Assembly (NCBI GenBank): GCA_951406725.2
Contig: OX597822.1
Coordinates: forward strand, 34,844,001 to 34,908,000
Length of the DNA: 64,000 nucleotides
Source: Octopus vulgaris
Taxonomy: Eukaryota
Direction: 5' to 3'
Part shown: positions 1 through 12,705 of the stretch, piece after piece
Layout of the letters: every line of letters begins with the position of its first letter
Numbering within the stretch: position 1 is the stretch's first letter
Translations under genes and position numbers: made by a program
Notes under the pieces: generated by a model
What the model was told of the DNA's origin: nothing
The model's database searches: none
What the model saw: the letters and a program-made list of their open reading frames with translations, nothing else

Positions 1-222
1 GCTCCAGTTTACTCAGCTTTAGAAATGAGTTGCGACTTCACAGGTGCCAAGCTGCATTGGCTTTTGCCTTTCCCTTGGATGACACTGGTGGCGTGGTGAG
101 GGGAGACCGGTATGCATGAGCAACTGCTGATCTTCTACGAATAACCTTGCCGGACGTATGCATTGGAGGGCAACTTTCTAGGTGCAATCCCATGGTCTGT
201 GACGTGACTGAAGGGAGTTTCA
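1..222 (+). mobile_element. 3' portion of tRNA-derived SINE (family C, same family as 1461-1797)
   Basis: Aligns by eye to 1575-1795 (GCTCCAGTT..ACTCAGCT..AGAAATGAGTTGCGAC...GGAGGGCAACTTTCTAGGTGCAATCCCATGG); followed by (TA)n. Confidence 0.85.
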
Positions 223-225
223 GCA

Positions 226-321
226 TGTATATATATATATATATTTATATATGTGTGTGTGTGTATATATATACATATATATGTGTATTTATATGTACAT
301 ATTTTTATATATGTGTATATA

Positions 322-408
<87 letters not shown>
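226..408. repeat. (TA)n/(TG)n microsatellite
   Basis: Directly visible. Confidence 0.95.
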
Positions 409-412
<4 letters not shown>

Positions 413-684
413 AGGTTTGGAGATGATGTACAGGTATTATATATTAGAAGAAATGAGGTAGTCAGATCGGATGGTTCATATTTATAGATATTTATTTATA
501 TATTACATTTTTTACATATATATATCATATCATTCAAATTTGATTTGAAGACCCCACTGGAATGGGAGAAAGCGCTAATAATCCGAATGATATGATCTGA
601 ATGATATGATATATATATGTAAAAAATGTAATATATAAATAAATATCTATAAATATGAACCATCCGATCTGATTACCTCATTTC

Positions 685-696
<12 letters not shown>
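408..696. mobile_element. Foldback element in (TA)n, probably PLE pseudo-LTR derived
   Basis: About 99-bp inverted arms at 438-536 and 598-696 with ~2 mismatches; degenerate hammerhead core in the loop; (TA)n on both sides. Confidence 0.7.
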
Positions 697-733
<37 letters not shown>

Positions 734-1258
734 GTGTGTGTGTATATATACATATATATTTAATATCTATTACATTATAAACGGTGTTTATATTGACTAG
801 GAATAAGGTACGCGATGAATATCCAAACAATCTTATTTAAACTGCATTAAACTTTGGCAAGCTTAACTTTAAGTATTCTGAGTTACTTAAAAGGTGATGT
901 TCCTTTCTCATTCTTCTATTTGTTGATACCTTTGCTTATCTACCAATGCGATGTTTCACTTTAAGGATGCTTATTTACCCATCCATTATGATATTTCGGC
1001 TGTTGTCGATTGTTTGAAATATGTTTTAGCATTGTCATTCTAGCCCTTTTTAAACAATCACATATGATTCTTCGCAAAGAATCAACCTTCAAATAAGAGT
1101 TTTGCTTCCACTAGTGAAAGCTAAACGTATCTTTCAGAAAGCCAGGCATTAAAATACGCTTCAACACTCGAATTCGCATAAAGATTCTTGCAAACCAAAT
1201 ACAAAACGAAATCTATCTATCGATATATACAGATATACATTCATACATACATATATAT

Positions 1259-1289
<31 letters not shown>

Positions 1290-1371
1290 CATTCATACAT
1301 ACATACATACATATATACATTCATACATACATATATACATCCATACATACATATATACATACATTCATACA

Positions 1372-1404
<33 letters not shown>

Positions 1405-1411
1405 GTATGTA

Positions 1412-1460
<49 letters not shown>

Positions 1461-1463
<3 letters not shown>

Positions 1464-1797
1464 GACGCATGGCTCAGTGGTTAGTGCGTCGAGCTTACGA
1501 TCGTGAGGTTTAGAGCTCGAATCCCGGACCGGGCTGCGTGTTGTGTTCTTGAGCAAGACACTTTATTTCACGTTGCTCCAGTTCACTCAGCTGTAGAAAT
1601 GAGTTGCGACGTCACGGGTGCCAAGCTGTATCGGCCTTTGTCTTTCCCTTGGATAACACTGGTGGCGTGGAGAGGAGAGGCCGGTATGCATGGGCGACTG
1701 CTGGTCTTCCATAAACCACATTGCCCAGACTTGTGACTAGGAGGGCAACTTTCTAGGTGCAATCCCATGGTTAGTGTCGTGATCGACGGGGGTCCCC
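1461..1797 (+). mobile_element. tRNA-derived SINE (family C), full length, in (TA)n
   Basis: A box TGGCTCAGTGG, B-box-like GCTCGAATCCC, central GTGTTCTTGAGCAAGACACTTTATTTCAC; related copies at 1-222, 21237-21355 and 39300-39485(-). Confidence 0.85.
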
Positions 1798-1798
1798 C

Positions 1799-1862
<64 letters not shown>

Positions 1863-2999
1863 GTATATGCATACAAACACATGTATATATATATTCCAGC
1901 ACATACAGACAGTGATTCTGCTACACACATACATTCTAATGCATACTTCCTTATTCTATTAATCCTATATATATATTTTAATACACGCATATATATTCCC
2001 GTACACGCACACGCACATACATTGCGGTACACATACATTTGCGAAAGAAAATGTTTCCACATCCCACCTGATTTCTCTCCGGCAAATGCACACACAGACG
2101 AACGTACGCGCACGCACACATACAGACACACGCACACACTCTAACGGCTAATCATTACCACACACACACACACACGCGCATTTTTACATAAAACTGTTAC
2201 CTTATCTGTAAAATGTTTACGTCACACATACATACACACGCAATTGCACGCATGCACACGCGCGCGCGTAAATTATTTATGAAATAAATTTATCTTCAGT
2301 AACCATCACAGAAAAAAAAACTATACATACACATAGATACTTTCGGATAAGTACTGGCTTTTTTATCGTTGTACTTTTACCTTCTGTGTCTCCCTTTTTC
2401 AAATGTACTCATTCTCTCAATTTCTCTTCCTCTCCCCCTGTCTCCCTGTCTCACACACATTCTCACTCGGTCTCACACAAACAGACACTTAGACACACAC
2501 ATGCACACACACACGCATACACTTGATAAACTTTTATATACACAGAAGCACGTTCTGTCACCTTCCCATATAGGTAACTAAGTAACTTCCCAAATAAAAG
2601 CAAAAGGAAATATTTCGATGAATTAAGTATTCAAAAATACACTCATTTCCGGGAGCGAAAATATATTTAAAAGTAAATAAATAGATAAATAAAGAGATAA
2701 AGGAATAAATAAATGAAAAAATGAATAAAGAAAGAAAGAAATGAATAAATAATTGTAAAGTGAGATAACTTTTTCGTGTTTTTATAAATGTCATTCTAGA
2801 CACGCAGAAATAGTAATAGTGTGACGTGGTTCTCTAATGTGGTGTGTCTTTAGGGGAGGCATATGTGTACTGAAAGAAAATAGAATAACACCAAATATAA
2901 CACCAAAATATTTTCTTGAAACAATTATTCATAAAAATAGATAATGGGGAAAAAGCGAAAAAAAGAGCGTCCATAAAGATCGTTGATGTATGGGCTTTG

Positions 3000-3042
<43 letters not shown>

Positions 3043-3068
3043 ATACATCTCTCTGTTTCTTTCTCTCT

Positions 3069-3126
<58 letters not shown>

Positions 3127-3199
3127 AGGGAAAAGGAGGAAAAGGCAAAACAACCAAAGCTGAAACCCCAACCCACCACACAAACAGCAGAGAACCCCA

Positions 3200-3638
3200 T
3201 GGACGATCCAATGCCACCCAGTACACTTCAGGAAAGAAGACATCTGGAAGGCACCGAAGAACCTGTAAATTCTACCTGCGGGGCAAATGTTGGCATGGTG
3301 AGGACGGCAAAAACTACCGGTTCGCCCACCCGACACCCCGCCAGAACTTCAGGGGACTCAAAGAGAAAAGCTTTAGCAAGGGGACACAAGAAATGTGTCC
3401 CAGGAAAAGTTTCAAAAACGAAGTGCGCTCCTCAGACGTTCTGCGCAACGCAGCAGCTGAGCAAGAGTCTTTTTTATGCATGGCGCAAAGAATTGTCCGG
3501 CAGCTAACCTGGCTACACCAAGCACAGAGAAGGAACCCTGCCCACCAGAGAAGGAACTATGCAAGACCACCACAGTCAACAGACACGGGATGGCCTCCCC
3601 TAACGCCTGCACAGCCGTCACCCCAATACTTTTACTAA
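3200..3638 (+). pseudogene. LINE ORF1 remnant with CCCH-type zinc finger
   Basis: CKFYLRGKCWHGEDGKNYRFAHP: the third Cys position reads Y; lies immediately upstream of the APE domain. Confidence 0.6.
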
Positions 3639-6583
3639 ATATTGGGGGCCTGTTGCATCAAAATAGAAACAAAATGTCTTTCCTGCGAGATCTTACTGCA
3701 TGCAATCAATCCCTATGCATAGCACTTGTGGAAACTCACCTCAACCCTGATATAGAGGACGCAGCAGTACACATACCAAACTATGCCATACTGCGAACAG
3801 ACAGAAGGGAAAGGAGCTATGGTGGAGTTGCTGTATACATCCGAGATGACCTCACACCCCAGGTCTTAATGACATACTCAAATTCGGTATGTGACACTTT
3901 AATTGTATACATAAGAAAACATAATATAGTCATATGCAATACATATTGCCCACCGGATGCCTCAAATCACATAGGCAAGTTTGAAGATTGCCTCACAAGA
4001 ATTAAATAAATCCTCAGGAATCTGGAACACAACGTGACCATATTTCTTATGGGTGATTTCAACTTCCCCAACGTCAAATGGCCCGAAGGTCACATACTAT
4101 CAGGAAGGAATCATTGCAAGCAAGTACAGGTGGAGTCCCTGCTCAACCTCACCAATGCCTTATTCATGGAGCAAGTTGTACTCAAGCCAACTAGGGCGAA
4201 TAACATTCTGGATCTCTGCTTCACCAACAATATGGACATCATTCATGATGTGAAAGTGACACTGACATCAGTTGCGGATCACAACATAATAGAGCTGTCT
4301 ATGTTTGGGCCAAAAATAACCAGAGACATACAGCTTAAAGGAAGCACCCGAAATCTCTCCAATCTGAAATTCCACAAAGCAGATTGGAAATTGATCCAAA
4401 AAGGGATCGTCAGAGAGGACTGGCCGGAATGTCTCTCCACACCAGACATTGACATGAAACTAGAATGTTTCATATCTTCTGTGCAAGCCGTATGCCAGAA
4501 ATATGTCCCAGAGCACAAGGCCAAAACAAATAGGAGCAAGATTCCAAGAGACAGGAAGATCCTCATGAGACGACGGACAAAGGTTGCAAATCGTCTCAAC
4601 CAACATCCCAAAACTAGCGAAACATCCCGCCTAAAAACAAAACTGATGGAAATCGAAAAAAGGCTGCAACAATCCTATGTAAAGGAGAAAGCAGACAAAG
4701 AAGCCCGGGTTATAAAAAGCATTAAATCAAACCCAAAGGCCTTCTTTCATTACGCGAAAGAAACAGTCTCAGTGCACTACAAGATAGGACCCACCTCCAA
4801 AAGGATGGCTCCTTCACAGACAGTCCAACTAAGATCAGTGAGATGCTGAATGACCAGTTCAAAAGTTTCTTTACCACCCCGTTGGAACACAGACAAGTGA
4901 ACGAATGAGTGGACTTCTTTGCCGCCTCACATATAACCAGCGAGGCGGTTACAATAGAATGTATTGACATTAGCGAAAAAGATGTCCTACTAGCCATAGA
5001 TGAAGTGGACTCAAACTCAGCTGCTGATCCAGATGGTTTCCCAGCAATCCTCCTCAAAGCGTGTACGATGCCCTGGCAAAACCCTTCAAGATTCTCTTCC
5101 AGAGCTTTCTTGCGAATGGCAAACTGCCAAGCAAGCTGAAGGAGGGAATAATATGCCCAATACATAAAGGGGGAAGTAGAGCAGATGCCAAAAATTATAG
5201 GCCTATCTCTCTCACTTCACACATCAGCAAAGTCATAGAATGGATAGTCAGAAAGAAACTGATCGCATTCCTTGAGGAAAATAACTTGCTGAGTGATACC
5301 CAGCATGGTTTTCGACCAGGTAGGAGCTGCCTGACCCAGCTCTTACAACATTATGACGGGGTGTTGAGGCAGTTACTCAACAAATCAAATGTGGACGTAA
5401 TCCACCTTGATTTTGCAAAAGCTTTTGACAAGGTTGATCATGGTATGATATGCCACAAACTGCGTGACCTCGGTATAGCTGGAAAACTTGGAGTGTGGTT
5501 ACATTACTTCCTGAAAGATAGGAGTCAAGCAGTAGTGGTTAATGGAGCCACCTCTATGAACACACAAACGGTGAGCGGTGTTCCACAGAGCACTGTCTTG
5601 GGACCACTGCTTTTTATAGTGGCCCTCTCAGATACGCCCTCAAATGCCCGGATAGCCACTCTGGCCAGCTATGCAGACGATACGAAAGTTTCGCAGAAAA
5701 TACAGAACCCCAGCGATGTTGCACACCTGCAGCAGGAGTTGGATTCAATCTACAGATGGGCTGAGGATAATAATATGCAGGTTAATGCTGAAAAATTCCT
5801 GACCCTGCGCAACCAGCATCCAAAACTGAATATTAAACTTACAGGATACACTGGTTCACAGGGAATTTCAATCCCAGAGCCTAAGTCTGTGAGGGACCTG
5901 GGTATCGACATGAGTGATGATACCTCTTTCCAATGCACATTACCAGGATGGCGACAGAGTGCAGACGACTGGCTGGGTAGATCCTAAGAACATTCAGAAC
6001 CAGAGATAAGGAAACCATAATGGTTCTATGGAGGACATTCGTTCTCAGCCGCCTGGATTACTGCTCACAGCTATGGTCACCCACCAGTGTAAAATTAACA
6101 GCGGACCTTGAAGCAATCCAGAGAAGATTCACAAAGAAGATCGTCTCTTTGCAACAGCTCAGATACTGGGAAAGGTTGAAACAGCTAAGACTCTACTCCC
6201 TGGAGAGAAGACGGGAGAGGTATGCAGTAATATATGTCTGGAAGATCCTGGAAGGAATTGTGCCAAATTTTGGCATTGTAAGCTACACCAGTGCTAGAAC
6301 GGGAAAACACTGCATAGTGCCAAAGATCGCAGCAATACCATCACGCTTCAGGACCAGCTTCTGCAACAGCCTGGGTTTCAAGGGCCCACAGCTTTTTAAT
6401 ATTCTCCCAAAGAGTCTGAGGAACTTGAACAAAGTAGATGTAGCGGTTTTTAAATCAAAGCTGGACATCTTCCTGTCGAGAGTCCCAGATGAACCTACCT
6501 CACGGCAAGAGGTGCACATGAGAGTAGCTATATCAAAGTCCATTCTTCACCAAGTGCCACATATTACACGAGGTTCTTCGTAA
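3620..6583 (+). pseudogene. LINE ORF2 (APE endonuclease + reverse transcriptase), disrupted
   Basis: APE motifs LLNIGGL, ALVETHL, GGVAVYIR, MGDFNFP, LDLCFTN, DHN; RT motifs NYRPISLTS, QHGFRPGRSC, LDFAKAFDKVDH, GVPQSTVLGPLLF, YADD. In-frame stops at ~4007 and ~4906; frameshifts near 4795, 5065 and 5930. Confidence 0.93.
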
Positions 6584-6854
6584 TAACAGTGTAGCACAAA
6601 ACGGCGGTGCATCAGCATGGCCGCAGCTCTGAGCTGAAACTAGAGAAAAAAAAGAATATATATATATATATATGTATATATATGTGTGTGTGTGTTAAAA
6701 TTATAATTAACGGTATCTAAGAGACACCACCATGCTAGAAATAGCAGCAAAACTTGACAAATGTTAATAATAATTATTACCTTCTAGGTTTTTATTCCCA
6801 TGCTAGCCACCTGATAAGATCGGTATCTAAAATAACGTTCTCATATATATATAT

Positions 6855-6906
<52 letters not shown>

Positions 6907-6908
<2 letters not shown>

Positions 6909-7509
6909 TAAGAGAGTTGATGTATGAAAGCACGTGGCTGGATGTATAAAAAATAAAAATGAGTGAAAAACTACAGAAGGCTTGTGTTATAATGTTAAAG
7001 AATATATTTAAGTCGTTTTGTTAGAAAAATGTTAGAAAATTTTGTGTATAGTAACATAGTTTTGGGAGAAATAACCAGTTTCGTATTTTCTTTTCAAATT
7101 TCTGAAATGTCTTTATCTACATCGTGTCATGTCTTTGCTAGGTTGTGAAATATGGGGTTCCAGGCAGGGGAAGGTAATCAGGGATTTCTTCCGGTATAAG
7201 AGAGATAAACAAACTTGTTGGGTATGACTAAATAAATATTATTTAGTTTAGAAGAAACAGAATGTTGTCAGCTTTTGCTTTATATCTTTTCTCACAAAGA
7301 TCCCCACAAAAAAATAGATCCTCACAAAGGCAAAATTGTTTTCTGAAATAACGGATGCAAAAGTAAAAAAATGTGGTAGACCAAACTGCGCAATATGCCC
7401 AAACCTTCTAGAAGGATCAAAATTCCTCTTCAAAGAGGGACAAAATTTCAAGATCAAATCTAATTTTACGTGTGCTTCAGAAAATATCATAAGGTGTTCG
7501 GGCTGCCAG
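6907..7509 (+). mobile_element. Penelope-like element fragment (Cys-rich linker upstream of GIY-YIG endonuclease) next to (TA)n
   Basis: 7318-7509 encodes ILTKAKLFSEITDAKVKKCGRPNCAICPNLLEG...FKIKSNFTCASENII-RCSGC, matching the Cys-rich linker and start of PLE GIY-YIG domains; preceded by non-coding pLTR-like sequence that starts at the (TA)n edge. Confidence 0.75.
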
Positions 7510-7923
7510 TGGGTGGTGGCGATCCATGCTGTACTCTCTCGCCACAACTTTCTCTCACTCTTTCTTCTGTTGGCCTGCTCGCGTAGCCAGCGGGGTGGCG
7601 TCATTTGAAGGCTAAAACAATGCGAAGCACATTGTGACCAGCGATGTGTAGCAACATGTGATTGCCTGGTCGGTCACGTGATCACGTGATCTATATGTAT
7701 GTATACGTATGTTTCATATTGAAAGGTTAGACTTATATAGAAGGTAGTCTGAAAAAATATGAGAAGACAAAGGAATAAATGATATCTTATGAACTTCATC
7801 AAATTACAGCTGATTCTCCTATAAGATGCAATGGACTCATAGTTGAGCCTATGAACAACACCTAATAGCCTCATCACAGCTATGGGTCTACTGCACCTTT
7901 TGGCAGGAACAGTTGTTAGTTTT

Positions 7924-7967
<44 letters not shown>

Positions 7968-7997
7968 TTGTTAGTTTTCATATATATATATATATAC

Positions 7998-8031
<34 letters not shown>

Positions 8032-8662
8032 ACACAACTGGGCTGAGGTCCACTACAGCTGTTTCAAATGTGCTTTTCATTTCAAATCAATTACATCATT
8101 TATAAAACATGTTTTTCATCGGGTAAATTAAAATTGAGATAAAATAATATTTAACACCTAGGATTTTATGCACGGAGAGTATATAATTTATATTGACAGT
8201 CATTTCGATACGGTTGAGAGTTAAATAGAGGAATGCTATTTTGATGTTAAATATATGCGGTAATAAATCTGTCCACACATCCAGAGAAAGGGGAAGGAAG
8301 AAAAAGAAAAAAACCTCACATCCACGTCATAAGAAGCTAAGGGATTCAAGGCAGTTGGCGCCAGTTACTAGATAAAACAGACAGAATGGCTCAATGAGTT
8401 TGCACGCATGCTGTGAAATACAGACAAGGAAATATTATATGATAGGTAATAAAAGTAAAAATAGAATGAAATAAAAATTACAAGTAAAAATGAACAGTCA
8501 TTACAAGGAAATGATAAAAAAATGACAAAATTAAAGATATAGATACAGGCATATGTATGTATACAAATAGAAACGGGGGAACCACATAAGCTTTCGCACA
8601 CGCTAAACAAACACCTCGTATATATATATATATATATATATATACGTACACACACATTTATA

Positions 8663-8885
8663 TACAAGAAGGTGCTGAAAAGTTCCTGACTTTAGCTAAA
8701 AGAAAATACAGGTGAGGGTCAGTGAATTGTGAATTTACTTAACATATTCTCCCCTCAAATTCACACACTTATACAGCAGTCCTTCAGATTTTTCTAATCA
8801 CTGGAAAAGAACGCAGAGGTTTGGGCCTCCAACCGGGCTTTTCACGATGCCCTTAAAGCAAGGAACTTCCCAGCACTTCTTCCTG
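8663..8885. mobile_element. Tc1/mariner-type MITE
   Basis: Imperfect TIRs GGTGCTGAAAAGTTCCTGACTTTA and TAAAGCAAGGAACTTCCCAGCAC; TA at the left edge; no coding capacity. Confidence 0.7.
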
Positions 8886-9120
8886 TGATTCTTTTACTCG
8901 TTTCTGTCATTAGACAGCGGTTAATTTGTAGGGTTATTTGAACAAAACAATCCCAATACATATGTTAAACCTGTATTTCTATCCTTTTTTTTTCTTTTCA
9001 CGAACTGGAATTCTACGAGTTAGTAAATAAAACAGCGCCGGTTACAAAGATGTGGGGTAAGATAAACGCACACCAAATGACACATGAACATAAACACACA
9101 CATACATACATGTAAACAAT

Positions 9121-9460
9121 CTTTTACTTGTTTCAGTCATGTGACTGCGGCCATGCTGGAGCACCGCCTGAAAGGCAATTTTAGTCGAAGAAATCAACCT
9201 CAGGATGGATTCTCTGTAAGCCTAATACTTATTTTTATTCTTCACTTTTGACATAAGCCCACCAATATTGGTTGTCAAACGAAAAGAGACACAAAGACAC
9301 ACACACATAAATGTATACACATAAGCATACACCCACACATATACGACGAGCTTTTTTCAGTTTCCGTCTATCAAATCCACTCATAAGGCTTTGGTCGGCC
9401 CGAGGTGCTTTGCAAACGGACTGAACTCGGAACCGTGTGGTTGGAAAACAAGATCTTGCT
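9121..9460 (-). mobile_element. tRNA-derived SINE (family B, LINE-like 3' tail)
   Basis: Minus-strand tail GGCGGTGCTCCAGCATGGCCGCAGTCACATGACTGAAACAAGTAAAAG, internal CA repeat and degenerate head. Confidence 0.85.
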
Positions 9461-10553
9461 ACGCAGTTACGCTTGTGTCTATTTATACGACCAGCTTCCA
9501 TGCAATTTTTTCCGAACAGATTCTCTCACAAAGCAAGTCTATAATAGGAGACATTTACCCAGGTGCCGTAAAGCGGAACTGAACCAGAAACTACCTGGTA
9601 GCAAGGGAGAGTTTTAACTACGTCATCTTACCTGCAAAGGTAGGAAAAAGAACGCTTAACTTGGGAATATGTAGTGTTTATTGCCTTTAGCACACTCGCC
9701 ATTTTATCTCACGTTACGATATTTCAACGGGGTCAAAACATTTAGAGACTGAATTTCTCATAGGACAAAAAATTTGTAAAAATATCATTTGATGTCTTGA
9801 TAAATTTTACACCTCATTTCTAAACTTCTGTTAAGTCCAGCGGCGACGGATAAGTTTAAGGTGTGTAAGCGACTGAATACAGAATCATAAACTGAATGTG
9901 GTCGGCAAAGCGATTTTGATAAAGTCGTTTCTTTAATTTATCATGCCATCATAAATAGATCCGAATGGGGGTTATCTCTAAATAAGTAGAGAAATATGCA
10001 TCAGGAAGTAATACATGAAAGGGAATTGATAGCAACAATGTATAAATATGTATGTGCGAGTGTGAGAGCGTGGATATATACTTAAAAATAAAACAATATA
10101 CATACACACTCATAGGCAGACATACAATAACATATACACACATGTCCATCTAATCACAATATACACGTATGTATACATGCATATACATATATATATGTAT
10201 GTGTTTGTGTGAATTCACATATATAGATATTATAGTGTGTATATGCTCGTGTGTGGGATGTATATGCGTCTATACATGTGCGCAAGATTACGAGAGTGTG
10301 TATGTACGAGTTCATGAGTATATGTGAATACAAACTAGAGACACTATCTCTCTCTCTTTCTCTCTTGTTTATATGCATATATAAAAATAAATAAATACAT
10401 AAATATAAATATATATATACATGTGTATTTAGGTCTTACTATATGGGTGCATATGCAGGTATATATATATAAGGGTAAAGACTACCTTTGGTCATGAACA
10501 AACCTGGGATTGCGCCTAGAATTTTCCCGATCTAACTATTCAGGCCATGTGCG

Positions 10554-10603
<50 letters not shown>

Positions 10604-11782
10604 GTATGTATATATGTATGTATGTATGTATGTACGTATGTATGCATGTATATGAGTGTGTATGTGTGCGTGTAAGTATATATGTGTGTATAACTCTTTC
10701 TTGCACTTTATTATTATTTGCGTTACTCTTTCATTTTGTCCCCAACTATCTATACAACCGCTGATTGCTAACTACATAGAAACGCTTCACCCAAATGCGA
10801 ATCTTGCACTATTAGATTCTCTGTCTGAAGAACTCCGTATTAGGAAATCTGTTTTAAATTTTTTCTTGAAAACACATTTCAAAATAGGATGCACTTTAGG
10901 CAATAATATGATTATAGCAAATAAAACATTAGTTAAGACGATATTGAATGTTATTTACGAGTTTCCATTATTAAAAAAATTTCAGAAGATATTAATTAAC
11001 TTCCAATTTAGTGAAAATAAAATGTGAACCTTGAGGGAAAATGACAGCTATGAGTGAAAAATTATTCTCAAACGATGCGTAAATCCTAAACATTTTCCAA
11101 TTCAAATGCATAATTCTTTATCCCCCTAGCATCGCTTAACAACCGATACGTTTATATCCCCGTAACTTAGCGGTTCGGCAAAGAGTGACCGATAGAATGA
11201 GTACTAAGCTTACTAAGAAAATGCCCTGGGGTCGATTTGCTCTTTCACACACACACACACACATACGGTCACACATACACACACACTCGCTCACACACAA
11301 ACACACACTAACACACACCAACACGCACACACACTTATACCCAGGTGGTATCAGAGCGTTCCTGGACTTAGTTCTGTAGCAGGCCACAGTTGCGTGCTCA
11401 TTGAGGGCTAGCATTGATCTCTATGAGGCAGAGTGCCGAGTGATATCACTGGGTTTACTTCGCAAGTTGTGAATTTCTTTGTTTTTGTGATCACGTGTAT
11501 GCTGTAGTCTGCGAATTTGTCATGGAGAGGAACAAAGAGCGAACACAAAATTTTGCGTTAAACCTAGGAAGTCTGCTACAGAGGTATTGAGCATGCTTCG
11601 GCAAGCTTACGGCGACGAGGCAATATGCCGCTGACAGTGTTTTCAGTGGTAAGGGCGAATCAAATGTGGAAGAACGTCCCTGGAAGATGAGCGATATTAA
11701 AGCCCTACTTCGAGCGGAAATCACAAAAATTCACCAGATTTGCATGAGGGTAGTCGGAGGACAATCAATAATTGCTGATGTT

Positions 11783-12160
11783 AAGGCGGAAACGTTAGCA
11801 CGCCGGGCGAAATGCTTAGCGGTATTTCGCCTGCCATTACGTTGTGAGTTCAAATTCCGCCGAGGTCGACTTTACCTTTCATCCTTTCGGGGTCGATAAA
11901 CTAAGTACCAGTTACGCACTGGGGTGGATGTAATCGACTTAATACCCATGTCTGTCCTTGTTTGTCTCCTCTATGTTTAGCCCCTTGTGGATAATAAAGA
12001 AATAGGTATTTCGTCTGTCTTTACGTAAATTCCGCCGTTCAAATTACGTTCCGAATTCAAATTCGGGTTCGATAAATTAAGTACCTGTTGCATACCGGGG
12101 TCTATCTAACCGATTGGCCCCCTCTCTAAGAATTTCGAACCTTGTGCCTAGAGTAGAACT
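11783..12160 (+). mobile_element. SINE family A (partial dimer) inserted in mariner
   Basis: GAGTTCAAATTCC B box and CTTTCATCCTTTCGGGGTCGATAAA core; probable TSD TAATTGCTGA(T/C)GTT at 11769-11782 and 12165-12178. Confidence 0.85.
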
Positions 12161-12269
12161 GAGTAATTGCTGACGTTGTTGGTCCGTCATATGGGTCCGT
12201 GCAGGCAATACTATCGTCAAAATTGAATACGAAGCGTGTCTCTATCAAGTTTGTCCCCCGTTTACACTT

Positions 12270-12477
12270 ACTTTTTTACTTGTTTCAGTCATTTGACGGT
12301 GGCCATGCTGGAGCACCGCCTTTAGTCGAGCAAATCGACCCCAGGGCATTTTCTTAGTAAGCTTAGTACTTATTCTATCGGTCACTCTTTGCCGAACCGC
12401 TAAGTTACGGGGATATAAACGTATCGGTTGTCAAGCGATGCTAGGGGGATAAACACAGACACACAAACATATACACA

Positions 12478-12537
<60 letters not shown>

Positions 12538-12705
12538 CATACATACATACGACGAGCTCCTTTCAGTTTACATCTACCAAATCCACTCACAAGGCTTTGG
12601 TTGGCCCGAGGTTATAGTAGAAGACACTTGCCCAAGGTGCAACGCAGTGGGACTGAACCCGGGACCATGTGGTTCGTAAGCGAGCTACTTACCACACAGC
12701 CACTT
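12270..12705 (-). mobile_element. SINE family B, full length
   Basis: Minus-strand head GTGGCTGTGTGGTAAG...GGTTCAGTCCC, CORE-like CCTTGGGCAAGTGTCTT, internal (TA)n and LINE-like tail. Confidence 0.9.

Larger units (their letters stand above)
3122..6655 (+). mobile_element. Near full-length non-LTR retrotransposon (CR1/L2 group), disabled
   Basis: Short ORF1 region with CCCH-like finger, APE endonuclease, RT, C-terminal domain, 3' UTR hairpin and A-rich tail; (TA)n on both sides. Confidence 0.93.

Noticed and set aside
980-1040. Minus-strand AGCCGAAATATCATA resembling a hammerhead 3' half
   Set aside because: The core box and stem I cannot be recovered.
2916-3507. 240-aa and 174-aa ORFs spanning microsatellites
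   Set aside because: Their N-termini run through (CT)n/(TA)n; only the CCCH part belongs to the LINE.
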